NCBI GenBank assembly: GCA_040954595.2
Contig: CM082580.2
Span: 5,136,783-5,200,782 of the forward strand
Length of the DNA stretch: 64,000 bases
Direction: 5' to 3'
Source of the DNA: Balanoglossus misakiensis
Lineage: Eukaryota; Animalia; Hemichordata
Shown here: in pieces, positions 14,162 through 26,100 of the stretch
How positions within the stretch are numbered: the stretch's first letter is position 1
Layout of the letters: each line of letters opens with the position of its first letter
Position numbers and translations under genes: made by a program
Notes under the pieces: model-generated
Databases searched by the model: none
The model's input: only the letters and a program-made list of their open reading frames with translations
Told to the model about the DNA's origin: nothing

Positions 14162-17100
14162 CTGAAAAATACAAACAGTATATTGTCTTGAAAAACTACC
14201 CACACATTTCACAAAATATATGTCTAGTCCAAACTACCAAAATTTACAGAATTTCATGTTTGTGTCTACAAGCACATATGCGCAGGCACACTCACAAACA
14301 CACATTAAAAATCTCTTGACTTACCGAAGGTCTACTTACATTGTCAACTGGTAAGTACTTCCGTTTAGCTGCTTGACTTCGATGAAACGAGATAATCGAA
14401 TCAGTTTGCCCTGAGAGAACGGCTTCTGCAGCCCTGTTGGCTAGCGACGTGGAGAAGACAAACACTTGCTGCTGCTGCTGCTGCACAGACATTGTCGGCA
14501 CAATGGAAGTTGCTGGCAACAGCCTCGGACTGGGTTCCAGAACTGGTGAGAGAAGAGCGAGTGTTTTAGCTTAACGTAGAAGATGAACGTGGAACTATCT
14601 GGCTGTTTAAAATGTTGAAATTTTGAAAGCCTATAAATATTTTCTGTGTATTAAAAGTTCAAGACTATGATTTTTTTCTGAAAATCTGTCCCCAAGGCAC
14701 ATACTTCCTTAAAGACCAGCAAGATTGTCTGTCTTTTATTCATACCTTTTGTGTCGTTGACTTCCAATTTCTTTGGTTTGTCATCGTCAACATCAGAGCA
14801 CCATTCGGAATCATCCTTTTTCTTGTTCTGCCGAGCAACCACGCATTTCCTCTTCACCCTCGATAAGGGTTTTCCCTTCTCGTCTAAAACGGCAAAACAT
14901 GCAGGTGCAAAGTCAGCCATGTTTGACATGATATTGTTGCCATAGAAACCATATTTTATTACACAAAAACGTGAAAAAGTTGGTCCTTGTCATCCCAAAT
15001 GGCAAAAAGGCAAGTCAGCCATGTTTGACATGCTGTTATTGCCATAGTAACTAATATAAAAAATATGTGAAAAGGTTTGATATTCATGACAAATTGTGAC
15101 GTCAACTGCTGTCAGTGCTATTTCTGCCATTTTTTATGGTCTCCATTGTTCCTGTCATCGTCAGTGACCACAACATTTCTGCAAATTTCACAAGATCACA
15201 CCCATGGGAAGTCATCTTTGCAGCGTGTTGCCAGATTAAGCGATCGCTGGCAGGCACAGATGTTAAATACATATCAGGCAGTGCATCCTCACAGCCAATG
15301 AAAAGGAACATTGTTTCTCTCTGTTTATCCTTCACCTTTCAAATTACACAAGTAATGTTGATTACATTTTATTGCCATTTTTCATTTCATACGGATTTGC
15401 GATGTAAAGAAACGGCCCTACTGAGTCTGTATCTGTGTATGCCTGTTAGATTTTCAATGTAAGAAAAAATAAGTGGTTCTTGTGAATTTGAAAAAATGCT
15501 AAGCAATGAATCTGGATCTGGTGTTACTTTCATCCTTTCAAATCAACCAGGCATTTGCACAAAATGGATGTTATTAAACATTTCACGATAATCCACGCAA
15601 CATCTGTGTTATCTGCACGACCCAACAGCTAGCGTAGTGAGCAAACACTACGTGTTAAACAGATGGAGCAGTCAAATATACTGGGATTTTTTATAATGTC
15701 ACAAATATTCCCTCCGTACTGGCCACAGGCACTCGTGTCATTATGGCCTTTGTTTCACCTGCGGAACTGTTCAAAGTTGGCGCGGTCAGAATCACGTGTG
15801 CCTGTGGTTCTCGCTCGGCTGTAGCATTGTATAAAACAGTAACATATCTGCCTGGATGGCCCAGTGTACAACCTTCATTCTTCCACACACATCAGACAGA
15901 TTTCACTTCTCTGGCTACATACAGATACATGTACGTAAAATGTACTCTGTTTAACTGTCAGCTAATTGCATGGGTATACAGCAACATGCTTAGCAGATTA
16001 TGTAAATAATATCACCTTTTGCTTGCTATCATCACAATAATTATTCATAAATTGCTACAATAACAACAACACCTGCCAAGTACACACTGAGATATACTAT
16101 GATGAATTTTGGATGGCTACAAGACCATAAAACCACTGGCAGGGTGGATCCAGAATGAGATCGTCTGCTTCTCGCTTACCTTTGTAACTTTCACTATCGC
16201 TGTCGTACCCCAACTCCACGTCCGAAAAGTTTCCCCTGTCGTCTTTTTTCTTCCGTTTCTTCCGGACATTATCATCAATGTCCTTGCCCTCCTCGGGGCC
16301 GTTCACGTTAAAAATGTCCCCTCCGTTCACGCTCAGTTCGCTCTTGAAGAGTCCGCCGTTGGCGTGGAACGCTTCTGTTTCTCGCGACAAAATCATGGCT
16401 TCTTCCTCGTCAAAGTCAAATGGATTTGATTCGTTGAGAATGGCCTCTTCATTCTGTTAAGATGGGGGGAAAAAACAGTCACATTTGACATCCTGTACCA
16501 CGGAAACTCCAACATTTCCACAAACACTGAGGAACCATCAGTTGATTCTGAAAGAAATCTATAAATGGCCGCTATACTTTTCACTGATTGCAAAGCATGC
16601 AATGTCAGAAATTATGTCTGCCTCTCAAAATGAACGCACACTGGAAAATGGAAAATGTTTCCATTCCTTCATTATTTACAAAAATCAAAAGAAACCAAAA
16701 TGCATTTCCTTAATTCAAAAACACCTTAAATTTGGCTTTTAAAGCTCTAGGGCATTTCCTAAAGGAACACCTTTAAAATCTCAACAAGCCCCCCCCCCCC
16801 CCCCCCCCCACACACACACACAAAAAAAAAAAAAAAACACCAGTCAGGAAATTTTAGTCTTCAATTGTGTTGTCCACTTCTATTTTCAGATCAAGATTCC
16901 TCCTGAGAGCCTACGCAATCGATTTGAACATTCGCAATAACAATCCAGCTATTTTTAACATTACAGCAGCTACCAAAACAGCATTTTATTTTGTGATAAT
17001 AACAGGTAACATCATCCTGAAAGGCATCTTGGGTAAAATATCAACTCCTGGTTGGTGTGTTTTTGCATCAATCACAACAGGTTGAGCATGTCAGCTTTTT

Positions 17101-20100
17101 ATGTGTATGAAAGTTTGTAGAATTATTTCTTGCTCTGTTTGCGGAATAAAGTTCTCAATTCCTTGATTGGACTTTGTCTAGCCTCATCATATTGGTAGTA
17201 AAATAAATCTCATTTTTAGATAGGTTAAAATGGACAAGTACATGGACTGTAATTTTCACTTTTATTCATGCTTAAAATGGCCTTTGGACAGTTTCAACGT
17301 GAAGCGAATCTCACCTCCTCTTCCATTATTCTGAGCCTTTCAACTTCTTCTCTTTCTTTTGCCTGAAAATACGAGTGCAAAATTATATTTTACAGCAAGT
17401 GAAATCACACCCAATCTTCACAGGTGGAAACACAGCGATGAAAGGGTTAAAGATCAACGCACATGAAAAAAATCGTCACAGCCCCTCTCTGTACCTACCT
17501 CCAGTTGGCCTTCCACTAAAGGCCATAAAGCATTCTGTATATAATCGAACAACTCCCTTTCCTGTGGGTGGGACGTTTTACGATACTGCTTCAAGAAACA
17601 CTGCCAGTCTTCCAGAGACGCACAGACACACTCCCACGTCCTCTTGTTGGCCTTTTTCGTCGGTCCTTCTCTGTACAGCCTCAAATCTGAACAAGAAAAA
17701 CAGATACACACATGCTCCTAGTTTACAAACACATTTCATCCTCGATTCACCGATCACAAAAATCAGTTTTGACCAGTGATAAACAATTGCCATCAGGCAA
17801 AATGTTAGTAAAATTTATAAAATTCTAAAACAATTATTCCCTCAGGCATAGTTCTCTGTGAAATTCACCTCTCTTACATACACTTCACTTAATTATGACC
17901 TTTGACATAATGAATCTACATATCCTTTGATATGCAAATTTACCAGTCTGCAGAGTTAGTATACCAAACGACTCTAAACTTACCATCAAAATACCAATAT
18001 GAGTTGTTCACTGCATCCTGCCCCAGAAGGGTTGCTCGCTGGCAAAAAAATGGAGAAATATGAATTATGTACAGGAAATTTTTTAAAGTAATATTTCTCA
18101 TCAAACATCCATAAAATCCAATTAATCACACATTTCCAGAAAGCTGAGTATTTTACTGTGGTTATAAGTTCACTCACTCAAGCCCCATCATTGATTATAT
18201 TTTTTGCCTCAAACCTTAATATTTGGCATTGGGGAAAAATAACATTGAGAGTTGACATGATATCCCCTTGCTAAAATAAATATCTCATTTGGAGAAGGAG
18301 CTCACATAGAAAAAAATATGGACTGGTCAACTAAATGAACATGTATTTTGGAAGGATTAGGCTTAGATGGTGGGATGCATTTTTCAGCCAGAAATGTTTG
18401 TGTGGTGTCAGTGGGAGACAGCCAAATTATCCAAAAGTGAGAAAATTGGCTGAAATTGCCATTCTAAAGTGTATCATGCCACCATTTGCATAAAATAAAT
18501 ATATTCATCTGTCTTTGAATAAAATTGTGAACATAAAACATATAATTATTTGATCAGGTAATAATCTGTGCGTTGGTTTGGTGATCCTGTTAAAGCCATC
18601 TGTTGCATGTGTGCACATACATGGGTTAGCTAAATAAATAAACTTCTGTAGACCTGTGGGTGTACAGGGAAGTACATGTATCTGTAACAATCACCTAACA
18701 GTTGTTGAATTTATGAAAGTGATTTTCTCTCATTTCTCAGAAGATCTGCTTTGTTGCGAAATACTGAATTACTTTTTTGGCCTACGGCTGAAATTCTCTA
18801 ATGACAACAGGTACAACACTAGGGACAAAAATAATTGTAAGGATATATTTTCTATTGAATTTTCTATGAATTCAGACGTAGACTTTTTTCTTTCATCATT
18901 TTCATTTTTCCCCACAGACTGACCCACTTTGGTGAATGATATGCCCAATAGCGAAACCTGCAACTGTTTGGTTTACAAGTTACGTGTTCAGATTACAACG
19001 GTCTTTTCGTCACAGTCTTGCTGACACAGGCAGAACATGTTTGGAACAGAGAGGTTTCAGCTTCCAGTACATTTACCAGTAATCAGTGTTTGGTTCTTGA
19101 CACATGGTGGAATCACACCCACTCATTTTCCAGGCTTGCTATTATAACAACAATATTTCCTCATCTATTTCTTGTTCAACACAATCAGGGCACTTACCAT
19201 ATCATCTGCATCAAAATAATCATTTAAATATTCTGCTAACTCTTCATCTTTTTCTTCGTGAACTACATCTACAACTGATTTAAGTAGTATTAACTGTAAG
19301 AAGTGAAAAAAATCGAGATTTCTGTTATGGTGGAATGCACCTGAAAAATCAACGTCTTAAAGTTTTTGAAAAGCAACTTCAACCCTTTCACCGCTATGGT
19401 CCAGTCCAAATCAATCATTTTCTATGGAAAGGTTGGACCTGTAAAGAGGGAACTGGGGGTGAAAGGATTAAAGCCTTGCCAGGTGTTACTTGAATTTTAG
19501 AATTCTACTTTCAAACTCAGATTGGTCCATCGCACTGATGGGTAAAAACACAAACGTCATTTGACGATGCAACTTTATGCTGGAATTACAATATGACAAG
19601 TTTGATTCACATCATGCATCTTCAGAGTTCCGAACCCTGATTTACAGAACACCCTCAATCACACCGTGGGAAAAACCACAAGTGCCCACAGACACAAAAG
19701 AGCAAATGGCTAGCCAACTTGAAAAAAGTGTGTGATTTGGTTTGCCATGTGGCACACTCTGCACATTCCAAATCAAATAAGATATTAATGCGGTGTCTCT
19801 CCCTGTGTCAATAATGACGACTGCAAAATGATGAAATCACTGCACAATTTGTGTCATCAAGTGCCCACAGATCAAGTCTGGTTGGCTTACGCGCTTCCTA
19901 AACTTCACACTTTCCTGACAAAACACACAAATTGCCCATTTTCCTTAAAATAGTAGACACTTTTTGTAATGTTACAATTTTATCTCATAGACAAGTCGCA
20001 ACCAGGTCATCAACCTTTAACTACCACAATTTCCACCAAACTATCCCCACATAATATATTATAATCATCAGCATAACGATATTACGTTTTTATTGAAATT

Positions 20101-23100
20101 ACAGCATTGGAAATGAGAAGGGGGAGTGGGAAGGGGGAGGGGGGTAGTGGGAGGGACAAGGTGGCAAAAGAAAGTCTTACCTTATTTTCTGGAGACAAAT
20201 TTTTGAATAAGCCGCCTTCTCCAAAGGAATTACAGGGGATCCCTCTGCCTTTTAATAACCTACTGACATGCTCCTCCCAGTTTGTAAGTCTGAAAAATAA
20301 AAATAAACAACATCCATTTAAAGCCCCAGTATTTCTCGTGTGCATCCATTTTTCATCATCGAAAAAAGCCCGTTTTCCCAGTACATCCATCATGGAATAC
20401 TATATAATGAAGATGTAAGAAAGGTTTGGGCAATTGTAGCTACATGCAAGCCGAAAATATCGCCCGTAACACTTGAAATGATGCGCGGGTTTGTTTACAA
20501 CGGAAGTGTTGTACATGTCGATCAGCAAACGTGCCACTTTGACATTTTGATGGTCAGACCATTTTCGGATTTGATCTGGTTCCATCGACTGATTTCTCCC
20601 ATAAAGTTATCTTCCCAAAATTTCGCCGAATTAGTGCGCATTTCTTCGTTGAGTCGCTTGATTTGGGGCGACCAAACCTCTTCCGCATAGATTCACATTT
20701 GAGTGCGCATGCGCACTAGTCACGTGTGTCAACATTAGCCTGACTCACGTGACTTTCTGTCCGGACAGAAAGTCATTCTTCACTCGTTATATTGTAAATT
20801 GTATGAGTTTATCAGCAGAGCTGGGGATGATGACTGTTCGATTCAGTATCAATTATCATATACTTTTAGAAATTATAGATGCCGTTTCAAACAAAATTTT
20901 GCCCCTACGAGAAATACTGTGGCTTTAACATTTGCGAGCTGGAAACATTTTTTGCAAGCAGATGTTTCTTACAGGCTGAAAACAAACATCAAGTTTATTA
21001 GTTTCAGTTCTGCGATTATAAAGCACATTATCGTTACAATCTTGCTTTCTACATTATAGGTATACTTGGTATTACAGTGTTCACAGACTATATTCCCACT
21101 GCAGGGCATGTGGCCACAAAAAAAAGAACTTATCGGTGTATGGGGCTTGTACGGATAACATGAACTTCTTGAAAATTTTCCCAACCTCAAAGCTGTCACA
21201 TAGTAAGTATATAAGATGCAAAACGTGGATATGATAGGATTTGAGTCGAGTATTTTCTGTTTGAAAATATGGGGATAAACTGTTTAGTCACCTCTTTACA
21301 AGGGTCACTGGAGGTCAAAGATCTGTCACGGTACACAACAAACACTGGGTGCTTTTTTCATGAACAGAGCGTGTTTGAGTGGTGCGTAAATGGCTGCCCG
21401 GAGGTTAGCCCTGTACAAGCTGCATTTACAGTTACAAAAATTTGCAAATCCTGAGGGCGAAAGTCCAACCCTGGCTGCATGTGTACATTTGAACCCCCCC
21501 CCCCCCCAGCAATAGCCATGTCACCTACACACTGCACCAGCTACACACACACACAATACATGCAGATTTTCAAATTAACAGGTATTGGCTCAGTCATTGA
21601 GTCCCACTTTTCTCTGTCCACTTAACCATCTAACAAGGCAATAATTGTAGAAACAGTGGCAACCTTGGTTTAAATACCCAATTATTAAGAAACGACAACT
21701 CATCGTGGCGAGGGGACGATCAGAACACGAAGCAGAACACCAGGCCTGGCCATCTGAAGTGCGGCGGGCGACACAGTCAATTTGACACACTTCACGCCAC
21801 AAACCAACACATGTATTATTCATAATCTCAACGTGGTGACTGGCCGACCTCTTCACTCTCCTGAGATCTGCTGTGGTCGGTTGATCCAGCCCCATTGACA
21901 AGACAATTTACACCCATTCGTTTAAATTTCTGCACACTTCCAGCGTTCTTAACCGCAGAAAATCTCTTACAGCATCCACTCTCATCGGACACACGTGTGA
22001 GAATAATTAAAAAAAACGCCCAGCGCTATCATCCATGAAACAGGTACAGCCATTCTCATCTCAGCAGGGGCCCATTATCACACTTCAGGCATCAGATCTT
22101 ACTCATATTCACAAGCTCGACTTCAATACTTGGCTTTGGATGACTGTACAGACACAATGACAAGACTTTTCCCCCTTCATCCATTTGAGAGAGAAAAATC
22201 TTCATCTGCAGCAAGAGTACTAGAAATCTTGTTACTTAACGACAAGACGCTGCCACTGAAATGCGAACTTCTCGCCTCCATTTTGGCTCTGACTGCATCT
22301 GACAGTTTGAGTGATAACTCGGCCACTGTAAATTAGATTCCGATCGATTAAAATGCTAAATACACACACATCTGACATTTTATATCTACACGCAAATTAG
22401 AATTTCATTTCAGTACCAAGCCGACAGATCTGACACCCGCTTCCACAACTTTATTAGCAAGATATAATATTTAATGCTCCAAAATAATTCACTTATTACA
22501 TTAATCACAGCTTGGATACAAATGTCTACACTGACCCTATCTTTTCAAGATTTCACTTATAAAACCTTTAAACAGTACACATCTGTAGTTCACTAATAAA
22601 TTAAACTATTATATATAGCATTGATATTTTGCTAATCCAAAATTGAATTACATTTTAAGGTTATTAACATGATCATCATGAAATGGCAGTTTCTACTTTA
22701 AGAATTTTTAAATGGCATAATTTCTTTAATTATTCCTTGAGCGCTATTTAACATCTATATGAAAGATCTTAGATGTCACTGAACTGAGAATACGTTCTTT
22801 TGCTGTCAACACTGAGTGACTCACGCAGTATTACCGTGGAAACGTCGACTGGAACACAACAATCAGCGCAGATAATGACCCTGAGTTGTACAATAATTAC
22901 ACTCCACTAATAAAACTGCAACACAAGGTCTCACAGATTTTATACCATGACTTGACAGAACACAATACCTACCACAGATCAGATCACACAGAAGTTTTAT
23001 ACTATGAACAAAATATTTCGGTACGAGTTTATTTACTGCAATATAAGGAAACTGAAACACTTTCTTGTCAATTTTAGGATTTGGGAGTCACTGTTGCCAG

Positions 23101-26100
23101 GCGCTTAAATACATCCGAGAATTTTAACGTCTTGTTAAAATTTTTCTTCCTTTCTTGCGATTGCAGTATTTTTTGTGCCGAACACTCGTGGGAGACAGAA
23201 CAGAGCAAACATAGGGGTGCCCTCGTGACCGGGCTCATCCTGAAGGACTGTCCAAAAAACGCTGAAGTGTTTACGTGTCAGATGCTGACAGGACCGCTAA
23301 ACTGTCGCTTGGACACGCCATTGTTTCCCCCGGCGACTGACGGAGAAGTCGCGCGGTCAGTGTCCAATGAACCCCAGGCTGGGGCAGCTCTATTTATAGG
23401 ACTTACATATATGTGCCTTGATATTACACACATCACATGCCCAGCATACAAGATCCACTCTGGGGGTCATTGACCTTGAACAGTCTGTTCTATTTCAGAC
23501 AAATTTTTCTGCTTGGACGCAACATAACAGGATCCCTGCACCAACAGTGAACAGTTACAGCAAACCCACCCACAATTACTCAAAAACGAGATTCTCTGAA
23601 AAATAGTTGACAGTAACCATAGCAACACATGAATACATCCTGTGATGTTTTTACAAGCATTTACCACTGGCTCATCATAGCTACTTTTTGTCAAGGATGA
23701 ATAATAAATAAGTTTCCATCAAAATTGAAAATTTCAAGAACACAAAATGTCAGAAAATATGTCGCCGGCCAGTGAAATATTTTTTCCAGTTTACAAATTA
23801 AGCCCAGATTCTTTCTGGTTCTCTGATATTCTTTATAATACAAAATTATTTGGAAAGAGTAACGTCAGACAATTTTTCATATATTGTATTTCAAGTTCTA
23901 CAAACCTGCAAGATGTCAAGAGATGTGATTCACGCTGTCATGATACATGTACCACTTAGTAACCAGTGTTATGATTGGTTGATAATACCCAAGCCAGCAT
24001 ATCCTGACTGCCTTGGCCAATCACTGCCCACACGAAAAACTACCGGATTGTCATTCATGTCTAAAGTTGGAGTACCCTCTTATCTATAAGTGCCCTAATG
24101 AGATGCAAATTGACTTATTGCAGGCTAATAAATCTGCTTTTCAAACAACCGCATCCACATTTTGATAGTGAATATTTTCCACAAGGGCAAAAAAATCACC
24201 ACAACAATACAAACACGTTCTTCAATGTAATTAGACGTATTTTACTGCCAATGAGGTCAAACAGCAAAGTATTTCCTTGTTACCATAGAAACAGAAGCAA
24301 TAAATTCTCCCATTTCAACACAATTTTCTGTGACCGCACTTCCACTTGATGTCTGTACCCCATTACTCCTGTAAACGACACAAAGCTAATTTTTCACGAT
24401 ATCCGCCCGCAGCATTTTATTTTTCTTTGAATTATTTAAAATCAGACACAGCAACTGCGACGAAACCGCAACGTGTACTCAGGACTTGTGTATTACGACA
24501 ACTACCTGGCAGAGTGATGTACAACACACACATCACAAATGGTTTCTTAAAAGATGACCTTTCAGAAACACTTAAGAGATGATCTCTCTCTTGCACAATG
24601 AACAGACTCCTTTCAGGAAAATCTGATCACGACCGACTCAGCTGGTACCATTTTTTGTAAACACAGAGCAGGACGTCGTACGTAGAAATACGCAGCCCCT
24701 CTGAATCATTACAGAATGATGAAAAGACAGCTCTCTCTTTGATATCAGAGGTCAATGTCTTCTGCGTGATTATCCAAGAGTGATGGTTTTCATGGTATTG
24801 AAAATACCTGATAACAGTATATTATATTCCCTTACTTACTTCAAACTGCAACAATACTCTCTTTCTCAGAACAGCTACTGTACACACACACACAGTTTCA
24901 TATTTTAACCCTTTCACCCCCATTTTAGTCTAGTATCTAGCCGTGTATGCCCATTTTGACGGCTAGATACTAGACTACCCCCATTTCCCTTATAGAGGTC
25001 CAATTTTACCATAGAAAACAATGGATTTGGACCAAACCATTACGGTGAAAGGGTTAAACAACAACACCACTGGTGGGATTTACATGTACCGGTAACTACT
25101 TTTGTTAATGTAATAATCGTAGCATAGTAACAACTGGATGCAAAAAAACTGAGAAAAGCAAACATCACTGTCAAATAAATCAGTTTAGGCTGACAAAAGT
25201 TAGATCAGTCCAGCCACAAACAGAAGCCAACCACCAAAGACATTGAAATTAATTGCTGGCTGGCAATATCTGGCATCCCCAATGCTGATGCACAGAATTC
25301 AATCCATTTCAATCTCAGACCTGTCAACGAGTTCCAGCCCTCGCCGTTTCCCGTACGTCTATATTTATACAGGCATTCATTTAATCTCGGCTTTCAAAAA
25401 GATGATGTTTGCTTTGATGACAGCCACTAAAAATACTTAACTCTCTCTCTCTCTCTTTCTCAACTCAGAGTGACCCCATGATGTCAGTACACACGGTCTT
25501 GACAAAACTTCTGTGCAAAATATCGTGTTTGCTTTTCACGTTTGGATTTCATTCCTCGGTTATTGAGAAGTTCCCATCTTTTCAGAGGAGAACACGTTGA
25601 TTGAAAATTGGTTTGTTTGTATTTGAGGAAAGATGGGCGGGTGTGTTTGATGTGTACATGTACAGGGATAGGGAAATGGTGGCCGACAGTGAGAAAAACT
25701 GCCATCACTTATATTTTGGAAACCATTATCAATATTTCACATGTCGTCCTACAGAATAATTTATGAGAATTATCTTGAGCTCTGGAAATATCACAAGGGC
25801 GATTAGCTAAATGTCATTTATCTTTTTCACCTTGAAGTTTCTATGACTAACCATTAGTCAGTGAGTTCTTTTTTGTTTATATCTTTCACCTTATGTCACT
25901 TATTCATGCTTGAAGCAAATATCAGATGCGCTGGCCAGATCTATGGGGACATTCAAAAGATCAATTATGTCCCCCCCTCCCCCCCCCCCCACACACACAC
26001 CATCTCTAACCAAGTGAGAAGTAGTTACTAACATTTCAGCCAGGAAAACGAGGTTAACCCTTTCACCTGCCACCAATGGTTTGGTCCAAACCCATTACTT

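Noticed and set aside
10148-14174. Many long overlapping ORFs (poly-C, poly-L, poly-A/T and repeat-rich) on both strands
   Set aside because: Shadow frames of the GC-rich CAG-repeat BCL9 exon; no independent signals
14162-14212. ORF-track start of the 1433-aa ORF
   Set aside because: This part is intronic; the acceptor is at 14163-14162 and HD1 lies in the upstream exon
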